The position numbers and the translations under genes are program-made. Below are positions 43,601 through 53,220 of a DNA stretch of 64,000 bases, in pieces. The notes under the pieces were generated by a model that made no database searches, had not been told where the DNA came from, and saw nothing but the letters and a program-made list of their open reading frames with translations. Numbering within the stretch: position 1 is the first letter of the stretch; every line of letters starts with the position of its first letter. Origin of the DNA: Diplonema japonicum (Eukaryota > Protista > Euglenozoa: Diplonemea); the NCBI GenBank assembly GCA_964019335.1, contig OZ025658.1, forward strand, positions 124,001-188,000, given 5' to 3'.

Positions 43601-45506
43601 TCTCTGCATCCGCCACCATGTCCTCGATGTTGGCCTGCGTCGGGTCAATGGGTAGGCACTTCACGCGCGTGTGTTCGAGCTCCCCGTTCAGGTTGTGGAT
43701 TGTGTTCACCGTAACCTTACTGAGCTGCCCTCCTCCTCTTTTCTGCAACATGTTGAGCTGCGTCTGAATGGCTCTCAGCCTGCCTCGCATTTTCTCCAGC
43801 CGTACTTGCATGATCGACGCTGCCCCACACGAGCCAGTTGTTGTTGGTGCACATAGTTGTCTCTGTTGCGGTTGTCTCACCTTGCCGCGGCCCCTATAAG
43901 GTGCCGTGCCGACGGTCTCGTCCCCCAGAAGTATCTTCTCGCTCGCCTCAGCTAGCGCGAGGTACGCCGCCTCCGGGTCTTTTCGCATGTGTTCCCTGAA
44001 ATTGCTCTCCTGGAGTGCCTTACTCCCCTCTTCTTCTGCTGGTTCCACGCCTCCTGGGATTTCTCGGGGTATCATGTATCTCTTCACAGTCTGCTGGAAT
44101 CTCGCAAGTCTCAGCTCTACCGTCAGAGTCATATGGTCCGCCCCCTTTACATCCCTGCTTGTTCTGCAGCCCTGTAGCGCCTGTGCTGCGAAAGCGTTCA
44201 GGAGGATGTAGTCGATCCTCGATGCACAGTTCTTCCGAGTGAAGGTTGGCATCGGGTCTTCTCCTTTTCCCGCTGCGCATGCTCCTGCCGCATCAGTCCA
44301 TCCGTTCATCAGCGCGTGACGAAGCTCATACGATCTTTTCTCGTCCGTGTTGAGGTCGCCTGCCACAATCACGGGGACGTTCCCGAGCTCCATCGCCTTC
44401 TTCCTGAGGACGTGCTGCAAGAGTCGTTCTCGTTGCCTCCTTGGTTCCTCTCCCTCCCCTGCTGGGCAGTACACGGTGATGATGTGCAGCCACATATTTT
44501 CCCCGTCTATGCTGACCCTTGTGTGTTGCCACCTACTGTTGATGTCTTGCTTAGCGTCATCCCTCTCGAGTGATGTTCCCAGAGCTGTTCGTGGCTCGCG
44601 TACAAAAGTCGCCAGGCCTCCTCGTCTTGCGATATCTATAGATATCAGACCTTCCTTGATCCTTCCCTGTTGCGGGTCTGCCCACATAGGTCTGTATTTT
44701 CGCTTCTTGTTCTTCTCTGTCGCGGATTTCATTGCGTGTGCCACCTCTTTCTGTCCTGCTGCCGTAAGTGCAGTCTCTTGTAGGCAGATCACGTCGACGT
44801 CGAGCTGCATGACGCTTTCCAGCCTGTTCCTCAGAGACGCTACATTTGCAGTTGCGAGATGGAAAACCTGTGTCGGTGGCTTCTTGGTACTGCCTGTTTG
44901 TTCACCCTCACTACTTAGGACTTTAAGTGTGCGGTTACCAGCCTTCTCATAGGGGGTATGGCGCCCCTGACTCGCCCCCGTCCCAGTGGTCAGGACACCC
45001 CTTCGTTCAGGGCCGGGTAGATTTCCCCGTTGTTGTAGAGTCGAAGTCTGGCCAGGTGCTGTAGCCTTCTTGTTCCGAGTACCAAGTGCCACCTTCAGCA
45101 GGTCCTCCATCTGCACTACCGTGGCCTCCGTCTTGCCCAACCAATCCATCATGTGTAGCGGCGCGAGTACAGCGTCGTAGTGCTGGGAGTCGTAAGCAAC
45201 TATAATCGTCTGCTTCGCCCCGTCTGGCTTCGTGGCTCGCACCATTCTCTTTTTGTGGAGGATCCAGATACATGTCTGGGTTGCCCATCCTGCCGCTCCG
45301 AGGGTGTAGTAGTCCCCCCACTCTCCGTCATGCTCAATCCTTCTGAGAGAAAGGGAGTGTTTCCTTGCTTCTTTGTAAAACTCCGGGTTCGTCGCGATGT
45401 ACTCTGCTGCCTGTGCGCGTACTGTGCTGGCGTTCCCTGCTCCTCGCGCCCTAGCAATTGCAGCGAACTGGCAATTTCCGTCCCCTTCCACTGGCATGTA
45501 TCTCAT
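40665..45506 (-). CDS. Retrotransposon 1 ORF2: OTU protease - APE endonuclease - reverse transcriptase - CCHC - C-terminal domain
   Basis: OTU: GDGNCQF...GEWG...QHY. APE: NVASL, CLQET, GDLN, RIDY, DH. RT: RPIT, QHGFR, DFAKCFD, GILQGCPIS, YADD. Zinc finger: CDAC...HALWEC. Confidence 0.95.
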   Translation of the reverse strand: MRYMPVEGDGNCQFAAIARARGAGNASTVRAQAAEYIATNPEFYKEARKHSLSLRRIEHDGEWGDYYTLGAAGWATQTCIWILHKKRMVRATKPDGAKQTIIVAYDSQHYDAVLAPLHMMDWLGKTEATVVQMEDLLKVALGTRNKKATAPGQTSTLQQRGNLPGPERRGVLTTGTGASQGRHTPYEKAGNRTLKVLSSEGEQTGSTKKPPTQVFHLATANVASLRNRLESVMQLDVDVICLQETALTAAGQKEVAHAMKSATEKNKKRKYRPMWADPQQGRIKEGLISIDIARRGGLATFVREPRTALGTSLERDDAKQDINSRWQHTRVSIDGENMWLHIITVYCPAGEGEEPRRQRERLLQHVLRKKAMELGNVPVIVAGDLNTDEKRSYELRHALMNGWTDAAGACAAGKGEDPMPTFTRKNCASRIDYILLNAFAAQALQGCRTSRDVKGADHMTLTVELRLARFQQTVKRYMIPREIPGGVEPAEEEGSKALQESNFREHMRKDPEAAYLALAEASEKILLGDETVGTAPYRGRGKVRQPQQRQLCAPTTTGSCGAASIMQVRLEKMRGRLRAIQTQLNMLQKRGGGQLSKVTVNTIHNLNGELEHTRVKCLPIDPTQANIEDMVADAEIMSEAVERREREMVKEQRTARHRSYLDSVEQGKETKELVDSAKGIEDKRGTATVEMEKDTIANPQELDRTMREHWEHVFAKYRDKPQPAYATFEKEYGAYIEKRDMVWTPITGIRLKQVLKKKTARSAAGVDGWRMAELRRLPVSILDAWAVFLNEVEETGKWPESALTALVTLIPKTKNAGPLEHRPITVTSAVYRLWACTRLGDILEWQESWIHKTQHGFRARHGTEDVLMDICTRIEEAAMDKTPLLGVALDFAKCFDTVPQQLVLKLMERMGMDKGILRALEGMYKGLRRRFRYATGVGEEFTTTNGILQGCPISIIMINALLAVLMRSVEERTGAETLSYADDAYLLAKLAEVLQKATDSASAFCDIVGMELNTKKSEVFAAGAKAPGIEVAGRQLRSTNKIKVLGARIRTDGQTQTDNTRARAAGDTLRRLATTQLSFWQKAEVLRTTVLPSCLYDVAFAPPSEGYLKSLTSTATYALWGPRYRTRSPAAVLSNLFSGHTHDPEVAAPYRALAAIYRTRRKLGEVWERCQRLAKGYQDPTRTTPLGPIGNAMKRWLPKISTNWGQFTEMLAENKDKFAHVVREKLRSGRAEHIQDRRRSMEGLDRGADPRTNDLWRELMRLGPQGAMAARDLRRIVAGGVFYTHPKAWYQDKITRRVPPPEGEQSESEDSSEEEGDETHERVNKRPTTDEVTCDACGAEEDESNMLRHALWECSVAKEVQQKEVHAEVVASKTEMPICMQLHGTLPRGHRTHQHRLRKTQYYLLEVVAKRDQLLQDKRKLETYTTHPWEQVTEGNAHAPPEWKELRKHVSGSLMMKHGEDIVKWLKKLKWYDGPRKTTVTTMELVLDFENTLGVEPITGKKGDLDMIQKKARSFHGLLERIQEGWDTARIQKKVRGKRIFPAESQKNHALRTIGAKKSLGWNRRPVFASEKTKKDLKKLGRKWQEEREDTLRKATQPKKKERPRPQKGERGR

Positions 45507-45587
45507 GAGCAGCTGTTCGGCTGTGCTTCGCAGGAGTTGCCTCTCCGTTCCCTCTGTCCTCCCGCCGCCCCTCCATGCTCCTGCGTT

Positions 45588-47270
45588 TCATCGCCTCACG
45601 CACGCGCGGCATACCTTGCGGCTGCATCCGTCAACCTGGCACCTAAGCTGGTACCGCTTCTTCGGCTGCTGCTTCTCGCAACCGTCGCACCACCACCTCC
45701 CCTGCTTCTTCTCGCCCTCGTCGCGGTCTGGGTAGATGTGGGCGTGCCTGTCCGTGTCCCTCTCCCTCCGCCTTCGCTCGGTGTCCCTCGCTAGGCTCCG
45801 GCTCTTCGACTTCGACGACGCCCTCGACTTCGTCTTGGCCCTCGAGGTCGTCGTCTCCGCCGCGTATCCTGCCGTGGCCTGTTCCTCGGGCTCCACCGAC
45901 ATCCTCACCCCAGACGGGGATCTCATCCTCGGCTTCGGTGATGGTGATCGTGATGCCGATTGTGTGGGGGGTGTCGTCTCCCTTGTTGACTTCCCTCCAA
46001 CCTTCCGTTTCTTCTCTGTTGGCTTCCCAGAGAGCTTCTCCAGCATTGCCTTCAGTTCTTGCACTTCCTTTCTGAGAGCTACCACCTCCTGTTCGAGCAT
46101 CTCTTCTTTTTTCGTAGGGCCTTGCAGTTGCTGCTGCTCCTTCTGTTGTTGTTCCCGCGTGTGCTGCTTTCCTTGTTGCTGTTGTTTTTCTTGCTGCGGG
46201 TGCTGTTGCTCAGGTGCTACCTTCCCAGCTTCGACCCACGCCTTCTGCCCGTGTGTCTTCCCGTATAGCGCCAGGAACTGGCGCTTCGTGTACGTGCGCC
46301 CCGCGTACTCTTCCGGGTCTGCGGGGTCCGTCCTCTTCTCCTCCTCCTGCTTTCGCACTGCCTTCGGCGGCGGCTTCCCTGCCTCCCACACCTCCGCCGT
46401 TCCTCCCTGCCATTTTATCTCCCCGAAACTTGGGGGTGCCTCCGCCTGCAACACAGCCACTGTGCCCCCCTGCTTCGGGATGGTGCGGATGACCACCGCT
46501 TTCCACCCTGCTTCTTTGACAACCTCCTCGATGGTGGTTGTGTCCGCGCCCTTCGGGAGACCTCGGATGTCGTAGGTGGTCTTTCTGACAACCCCGAGGC
46601 CTTCCTTCAGGAGGTACTCCTGCACTTCCTCCCTTCTCTCGCTGACCTGCAGGCCCCATCCCTTGCCGTTCAGCGTCAGTGTCGCCGAGGGGGTGATCCG
46701 TGTCATCACTGCCCCAAGTACGTTTTGTGCCAGCCAGTGCTGCCTTGTGGACATCCACAAGGCCCCCCTTTCCCTCCTCTCGATCTTCCAGGGACCGTCC
46801 TCGTTCCCTAGCGCGGTCCCCTCCTGTTCCGGTGCCATCCAGATTAGGAAATCCATGACAGATTCCCCCTTCTTGCCTTCCCTCTCCATGTGTGGCCCTA
46901 CGTGCACTCCCGTCAGGCCCGCCTTGCCGAGAAAAGCCATCACACTCTTTCTCGGGTCTTCCTTCGCCGCTTTCCATGCCTCGTCTCCTGCCGCCCACTC
47001 AGCCATGATGGCCCTGCAGGCGACCTCCTCCTTTGCGCCCTTCACCGGCGCCTTCTTCCTTTCCCCTCCTTTCCCGCTGGCCGCCTCCCTTGGCGCCACC
47101 AGCCGCTGCACCGTCACCGTCCCGCCACTCACCTTCTTCCCCACCCTCTCCGCCCAGTTTGGGCCCTGCCCGTCCCGGCGCGTCTGCACCGAGCTTTGCT
47201 CGGTCCCAGGGGCACCGCTTGGAGGTGCGCCGGGTTTGCTTGCTGATTGCTCTGATTGATGTTCGCTCAT
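45588..47270 (-). CDS. Retrotransposon 1 ORF1 (gag-like; coiled coil, basic region, terminal Cys finger)
   Basis: Long ORF directly upstream of ORF2, with coiled coil LEQEVVALRKEVQELK and terminal WCDGC...CQVDGCSRKVCRAC. ATG at 47270. Confidence 0.85.
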   Translation of the reverse strand: MSEHQSEQSASKPGAPPSGAPGTEQSSVQTRRDGQGPNWAERVGKKVSGGTVTVQRLVAPREAASGKGGERKKAPVKGAKEEVACRAIMAEWAAGDEAWKAAKEDPRKSVMAFLGKAGLTGVHVGPHMEREGKKGESVMDFLIWMAPEQEGTALGNEDGPWKIERRERGALWMSTRQHWLAQNVLGAVMTRITPSATLTLNGKGWGLQVSERREEVQEYLLKEGLGVVRKTTYDIRGLPKGADTTTIEEVVKEAGWKAVVIRTIPKQGGTVAVLQAEAPPSFGEIKWQGGTAEVWEAGKPPPKAVRKQEEEKRTDPADPEEYAGRTYTKRQFLALYGKTHGQKAWVEAGKVAPEQQHPQQEKQQQQGKQHTREQQQKEQQQLQGPTKKEEMLEQEVVALRKEVQELKAMLEKLSGKPTEKKRKVGGKSTRETTPPTQSASRSPSPKPRMRSPSGVRMSVEPEEQATAGYAAETTTSRAKTKSRASSKSKSRSLARDTERRRRERDTDRHAHIYPDRDEGEKKQGRWWCDGCEKQQPKKRYQLRCQVDGCSRKVCRACVRR

Positions 47271-48252
47271 GTTAGTTCCGCCCCCTGGAAAAAATAAAAA
47301 TTCTCTATGAATGGGAAAGGGCTTTGTTGAATTTAAAACAAAAAAAAAAAGGAGAAAAAAAAAAGTTGTCTCGATTTTTTTTTTTTTTTTTTTTTGCACC
47401 CTGCCCAAGTTTAGGGACCGGAGGGGACTTCTTTTTCAATTCCTTTTCTATGGAATCCAGAATAAATGCTCCTATGATGGAAATAAAAGCCCTCCCCTTT
47501 TTTCCTTTGCCGGAAAGTTCTCTCGTCAGATATGAACTTTCGGGACAGCTGCAAAAATATCATGAAAATGGGTACTTCGAGGTACGAGGGTCGGGAAGAA
47601 GGGAAACAAAGAAACAAAAACCCGATAAATTTAAAAAAAATTCACTATGATAGGAACGAAGTGGTTAGCAACGGCCCGCCAAAAAAAAAAAAGAAGGAGA
47701 AGGGGTCAGGGGGGGGAAGAGCAGCAGGTTTCCCCCCCCCAAAAAAAAAACGTGTCCCGCCTTAACATCATTGATTGGTTCCTTACCCATTTTGTATATT
47801 TTCTTTTTTTTTTGAGCGACAGAGCAAAGTGTATCAAAAAAAAAAAGTAAAAAAGCGAGAGAGAAAAAAAAAAGAATCGCCTACAGAAGATATGCATTGT
47901 GTCCCGTGCAGTGCCTGGGACTGACACTGTGTTTTGTTGGCTCTTGCTAGGAAGAAAAGAAAAATAAAGCTTTTTTTTTTCCTCTTTTTTATTTTATTTT
48001 GCTTCGGTCTCTTATTCTGTCGCTGCTAAAAAAAAAAAAAAAAAAAAAAAACCCACTCAGGAACCATTAGAAGGGGGACAGATACAGGGGAAAGATATGC
48101 CTGTCTCCTCCTCCCCTCTTTCCTTAGAAAAACAGAGAGAAAAAAAAAAAGATCTTTTAGAATACCCTATGCCCCAAGGAAAGCAACATGTCTTTTCTTT
48201 ATGCTGGAGGGGAGGAGGGAACAACAGGGTACATACCCGCCAAAGAAGGGCA

Positions 48253-48283
<31 letters not shown>

Positions 48284-49096
48284 CTTTTCGTGTAGCAAAA
48301 CTACTTTATCTATTAAAAACCTGATGCGCTTGATTTCCACTCTGTAGGCCTGTAGTTTAACGAGAGTTGTAGGTTCGCTTCACTTTTCACCCCGTCAACC
48401 GAAAGATCGGTACCGGTTCTTAAATGGAAGCAACAAAATTCACTCTTAATAAAGTAGGTAGCATCAATCTTGAGTTATAACACTGCTGTTCTGCTAATGC
48501 TGATTCTGAACAGCTTGTTAATCCAGTATTATTATTATTTTTTTTAAAAAAAAAAAAAAGTAAAGTCCCCAACATTATCACATATCATTCGCCAATACAA
48601 TGGACAGTAAAGAAAAAAAAAAAAAAAAAAAAAAAACAATTCACGATGATGGGGGAGGAAGAAACCTTCCTTGTCTATATCATAAACCCAAAGTACAGCT
48701 TCCTGAATGTATGACTGCAGCAAATCATCGAACTATATAAAACCCTTTATATTTTAAAATATATGGCAGATTACCCCCCCCAACCCTTTTCCCAGAAACA
48801 ACAAAAAAAATGCCGAATGGAGGGGGAAAAAAAGAAATCTTGGAAAGGAGGAGAGGGGAAAATAAGAACCTTAAAAGGGAGCACCAAAAAAAAAAAAAAA
48901 AAAAAAAAAAAAAACAAGAGGACGGGCAAAAAAAATTAAAAAAAATTCTTTTTCTTTTGTGAACCTTACCTTATTCTTGTGTATTCGTAGATTGCTTGTC
49001 AACCTTAGGAGAAATAAAAAAAAAAAAAAAAAAAAAAAAAACTCAAAGTACAGGACAAGCCCCCCGCTAGAGGGCCGCCCTATGGGAGGGGGGGGT

Positions 49097-52000
49097 CTAT
49101 CTGTTAATACTCCCCTTCTGGAGCATTGCTTTCATCCCGATTGTGGCTGCGAGCGTCTTGCGGAGTCGTGTGATGCGATCCCGCTTGTAGGCGGCCTTCA
49201 AATCCATCAGCTTGTCGTGCGTGGACTGGGTAGCAAAAATGGGCCTCCTGGAGAAGCCTATAGCTGCCTTTCCTCCTATGGCGATGAGGGATTTCACCCT
49301 TTTCTGCTCATCCGCTGGGAAGGGGCGTCGCTTCTTCCGTGCCCTGCACGCTGCGTTTATCTTTACGATTAGGGCCTTGATTCTGCGTGCCCTATCTTCC
49401 AGCAGGCCTCCTGATGATTTACCGGTCGTCCATTCGAAGTCAATGGCTAGCTCCACCGCCGACACCTCCGAGGCATTGTCCTTCTCCACCCAGCGCAGCT
49501 GTGACAACCAGGGTTCAGGTACTGGGACAGGACCCCACCCACTCCCTCGAGCTCGCCTGCTATCGGAACGGGGCATCTCTTTCCTACTACATTTCGTTCC
49601 CACGGTAGCGGCTGTGTGTTGACGTCCTCCTTCTGCACGAGCTCCACGTCCCGCTTCTCAACCACCACGGCCAAGTATCGTTGCAGTTTTTCCAGGTATG
49701 CAAAGGCATGTCCTCTCGGCAGTATTGCGTGTAGCTCAAGACACAGGGGCCATCCCGTCCTGTCGCGCAGCGGTTCCAAACCGTCCTGTGCCAGCTCGTC
49801 CCGTGCGCAGGCACACTCGTAAAGCTGATGGCGGAGTAAGGTTACCGTGTCCGGGTGTGGTGACTCACACAGGTCACACCTGAACCCTTGTGTGCGTGGT
49901 ACTTCCGTCGTTGGGACGTGGTCTATGCTGTCCCCGTCTTCCTCGGTGCCATCTCCTTCTGGTGCCAGGGGGACGCTCCTTTGACTCGTACCTGCATGCG
50001 GGCTAAGGTAGGGGACCCCTCCGGCGATCACCCGTCTCAGGCAGTAGGACATGAGTGGGTCCTTGGCTGTCTTCCACAGTTGGTTGGTTTTGGGATCCGC
50101 TCCCGCCTCCATCCCCTTCACTGTGCTTCTTTCGTTCGCCAGTGACCTGCTCCGGGCTTTCCTCACCGCGTCCCTAAAGGCGTGCCCGCGCTCGGCCCAG
50201 GGTTTGTTCCTACAGTCTAGCAGCTGCGTCCAGTTCCACCCTATGTAGGGGAGCCACCGACATATCAGGTTGCCTACTGGCCCCATTGGGATGGACCCCG
50301 TGCCGCACCCCGCAGCGATCCGTGTGCATCTCTGTCGCAGTCTCTCGTCGTCAAACGCTCTGGACACTACCTTCAGGGAGTGGTATATCACATAGGAGAG
50401 GGGGTCGCTGGTGTGCCCCTTCAAGAGGACCGTGTTGACCGCGGTTGGAGATCGTCCACGATGATGCGGGCCCCACAGATTGCATGTTACCCTCGTTGAC
50501 AACTTCTTGAGTGTCTCGTCACATGGGGGAGAGAACGGCCCGCTGTAGAGGCATGACGGGAGTACTGTCGTGCTGACCATGTGTGCTTTGGTCTCGAAAG
50601 CTAATCTCGTGCACCCTAGCCGGTTTAGTGAGTCAAGTGCATCCGTGGATGGTCTGTTCCATTTCGTTCCTGTCCTGCGCGTGTTGATCTTCACGCCAAG
50701 CCCTTTGAAGTCCGTCACTGTCTTGTAAGGTACAGCAACTACCGAGCCTTTCCTAATCGCCGTACGGTCTCCTACGACTCTCGACTTGTAACCCTCTGCG
50801 GTGCCAAAGCCAACCGTCTTTTCCTCGTTGACCTTCATGCCAGTCAGGTCGCAGAACTCCAGAGTCCCTTCGACCGCTGCTTGTAGGGAGTCGCGTAGCT
50901 TCGCTAACAGGTAAGCGTCGTCGGCATATGCTAGCACCTCGGCGTCCGGCGCTACTTGCTCGATGGCCCGTATCATGATGGAGAGCAGGGCGTTGATGAC
51001 AATGACCGACAACGGGCACCCTTGGAGGATTCCGTTTGTGGCCTCAAATGTGTCACCTACTCCTATGGGGTACTTGAACCTCCTTGTGATCTGGGAATAC
51101 ATCCCCTGGAGTGCTTTCCCTATGGACTCGTCCATCCCCAGGGCGTTCATGAGGTCAAGTGACAGCTGTTGTGGGACTAGGTCGAAGCACTTTCGAAAAT
51201 CCAGGGCTAGTCCCTCCAGAGGCTCTCCTTCCACCAAAGCCAGCTCCAGCTTGGTACACAGTTCTATGAGGGCTGTTGTCGTACTGTGCTTGGGCCTAAA
51301 CCCGTGCTGTCTCGGCGTGATCCAACGTTCCTGCCAGTCAAGGACATCCTTCAGCCTCGTACACGCCCACAAGCGGTAGATGGTGCTGGTCACTGTGATG
51401 GGTCGGTGGTTCAGCGGTGCTGACCCTTCACCCTTTGGTATCAGTGACACCCTTCTCCGGCTTCTTTTTGACCACTTCTCTTAGCCGCTCTGCTGTGATC
51501 GGGGTCCGCGTCATTGGGGTTTTCTTGATTAAGTCCCTGTAGCGTTGTGCGAATCGTTCGTACTGCGGCTCGTCTTCTGGTGTCCGCGCAGAAAAGATGC
51601 CCGACCAAGCATCCCGCACCACCTCGTCCATCTTCCGTAGGTTTGCGGTCACCCCGCCGTCTGCTGTCTCAACCACATCTGTCTTCTGGTTTGGGCGGTC
51701 TCTGACCCAGGCCGTGATGTGTCTGCGCTCCTTCCCAAAGTCTGAGCGTATTGAACGTTCGTATGCTTTCGCCTGCATGTTCTTGCGTTGTAGGAGCAGC
51801 TCCGATAACATTCCCTGGGCGTGGTCTTCAGCTATTTCCAGCTCTCCCCTGATGCTATCAATACTCCCTGCCGCGTCGGTCTTGCAGGACTCGACCTTCA
51901 GCTCTTCCCCCAACGTTGTAATGTTCCTGAGTGTGTTCCGTACCTCTACTGGGAGCGGCCCGCAGTGCCCGCCCTCATAGAGCTTTAACATTTGCTGTTT

Positions 52001-53085
52001 TGCGCTTCGGATTTTGAGCTTCAACTTCTCAAGTCGTTGTTGTCGATTTGTTGCCGCCCCAACTGTCGACTCCGTAGACCTCGCACTCAGCTCCGACTTC
52101 GTAGGCTCCCGAACCTTGCCTCTCCCGGTGTATACGCTGCGCACCGGACCCACGTATCCATGTAGTAGGTACTGCTCCGCGAGGTCTGCTATCTCCGAGA
52201 ACGCTTCGGTGGGCTTCTGCGCCGTAATGAACTCACGGTATTTCGACTTCTGCATCAGTGTCTCCGCTACTCCGGTGGGTGCCCTCTTGGTCTTCAGTAT
52301 CTCCTGCGGGACGGTGTATCTTAGGACTTCTTGTCGGAAGGCTGGGATGTTGAGTGTTACCGACAGGCATCGGTGGTCCGACCCGGAGATAGCCTCGTTT
52401 ACTCCACAGTGTTCGAGCCCCTGGGCCGCGATGTTGTTCAACAGTACCCTATCCACCCGCGTACTGCAGTTGGTTCTGACAAGCGTGCTCTCTACCTGCA
52501 CTCCATCCCTCCGAGCACAGAACGCAGCGGCGTCTACCCAGTCCGTCTGTAGAGCCCTCCTTAGCGTGGCGGAACGGGTTTCGTCCGTGTTGAAGTCACC
52601 CATCACGGCCACCGGCACGTCTCCCAGCTCGAACTTGAGTCGGTGTAGTAGGTAATGGAGAAGCTCCTCACGGTACTTCGCCTTCGTCGGGTCTTGTCCT
52701 GAGTGGCAGTATACATTCACCAGATGAAGCCATCGCTTGTTCCCATCAAGTGAGATTTTCACGTGTGACCATCTGTCCTTGTGCGGCCCAGCCGTTTCAC
52801 AGACCACCGCTGTCCGTGGTTTTTTCACAAAGGTTCCTAGTCCGCCCCGCTTCGCTATCGTCAGAGACGTGACACCCTTGGTCTCCCTCCCCGGCTGAGG
52901 TTTGCTCCAGAATCTGGTGTATTGTTTGCCCCAAACATCATCTCTCAGCACGTGTTCAATCTCCATCTGAGTCTGTGCTGTGAGGGCAGTTTCTTGGATG
53001 CAGAATGCGTCCGGGAGGACAGTAGAGTACTCACCCAGCCGGTTGTTTAGTGCTGAGCCGTTGTGTGTGAAAATGGTGAAGAATG
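49097..53085 (-). pseudogene. Retrotransposon 2 ORF2 (APE-RT-CCHC-CTD), broken
   Basis: FTHNGSAL, CIQET, GDFN, RVD, SDH, QHGFR, GILQGCPLS and YADD. Frameshifts near 51450 (about 48 codons deleted relative to element 1) and near 49600. Confidence 0.9.
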
Positions 53086-53220
53086 GTGGGGTTCGACACC
53101 TTGTTCGATGAGGCGTTCAAATTTCTTGTCAGATAGGCGTATCGGATTGTATTTGGATGGACGGGAAAGGGGGGGAGGGAATGGGTTTGAAGGGTGGGTT
53201 TGGGGGGAGTTCCCCTGTAG

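Larger units (their letters stand above)
40665..47270 (-). mobile_element. Non-LTR retrotransposon 1 (intact ORFs; UTR ends not resolved)
   Basis: ORF1 (45588-47270) and ORF2 (40665-45506) encoding OTU, APE, RT and a zinc finger. Confidence 0.93.

Noticed and set aside
45005-45040. QQRGNLPGP in element 1 as a 2A peptide
   Set aside because: Lacks the (D/G)(V/I)ExNPGP core; only PGP matches.
49045-49053. CTGTACTTT (SL-like 9-mer) near the 3' end of element 2 as a target-site duplication
   Set aside because: Only 9 nt, not followed by ATTG, and the same 9-mer recurs at 48690-48698. It cannot be separated from chance without other copies.
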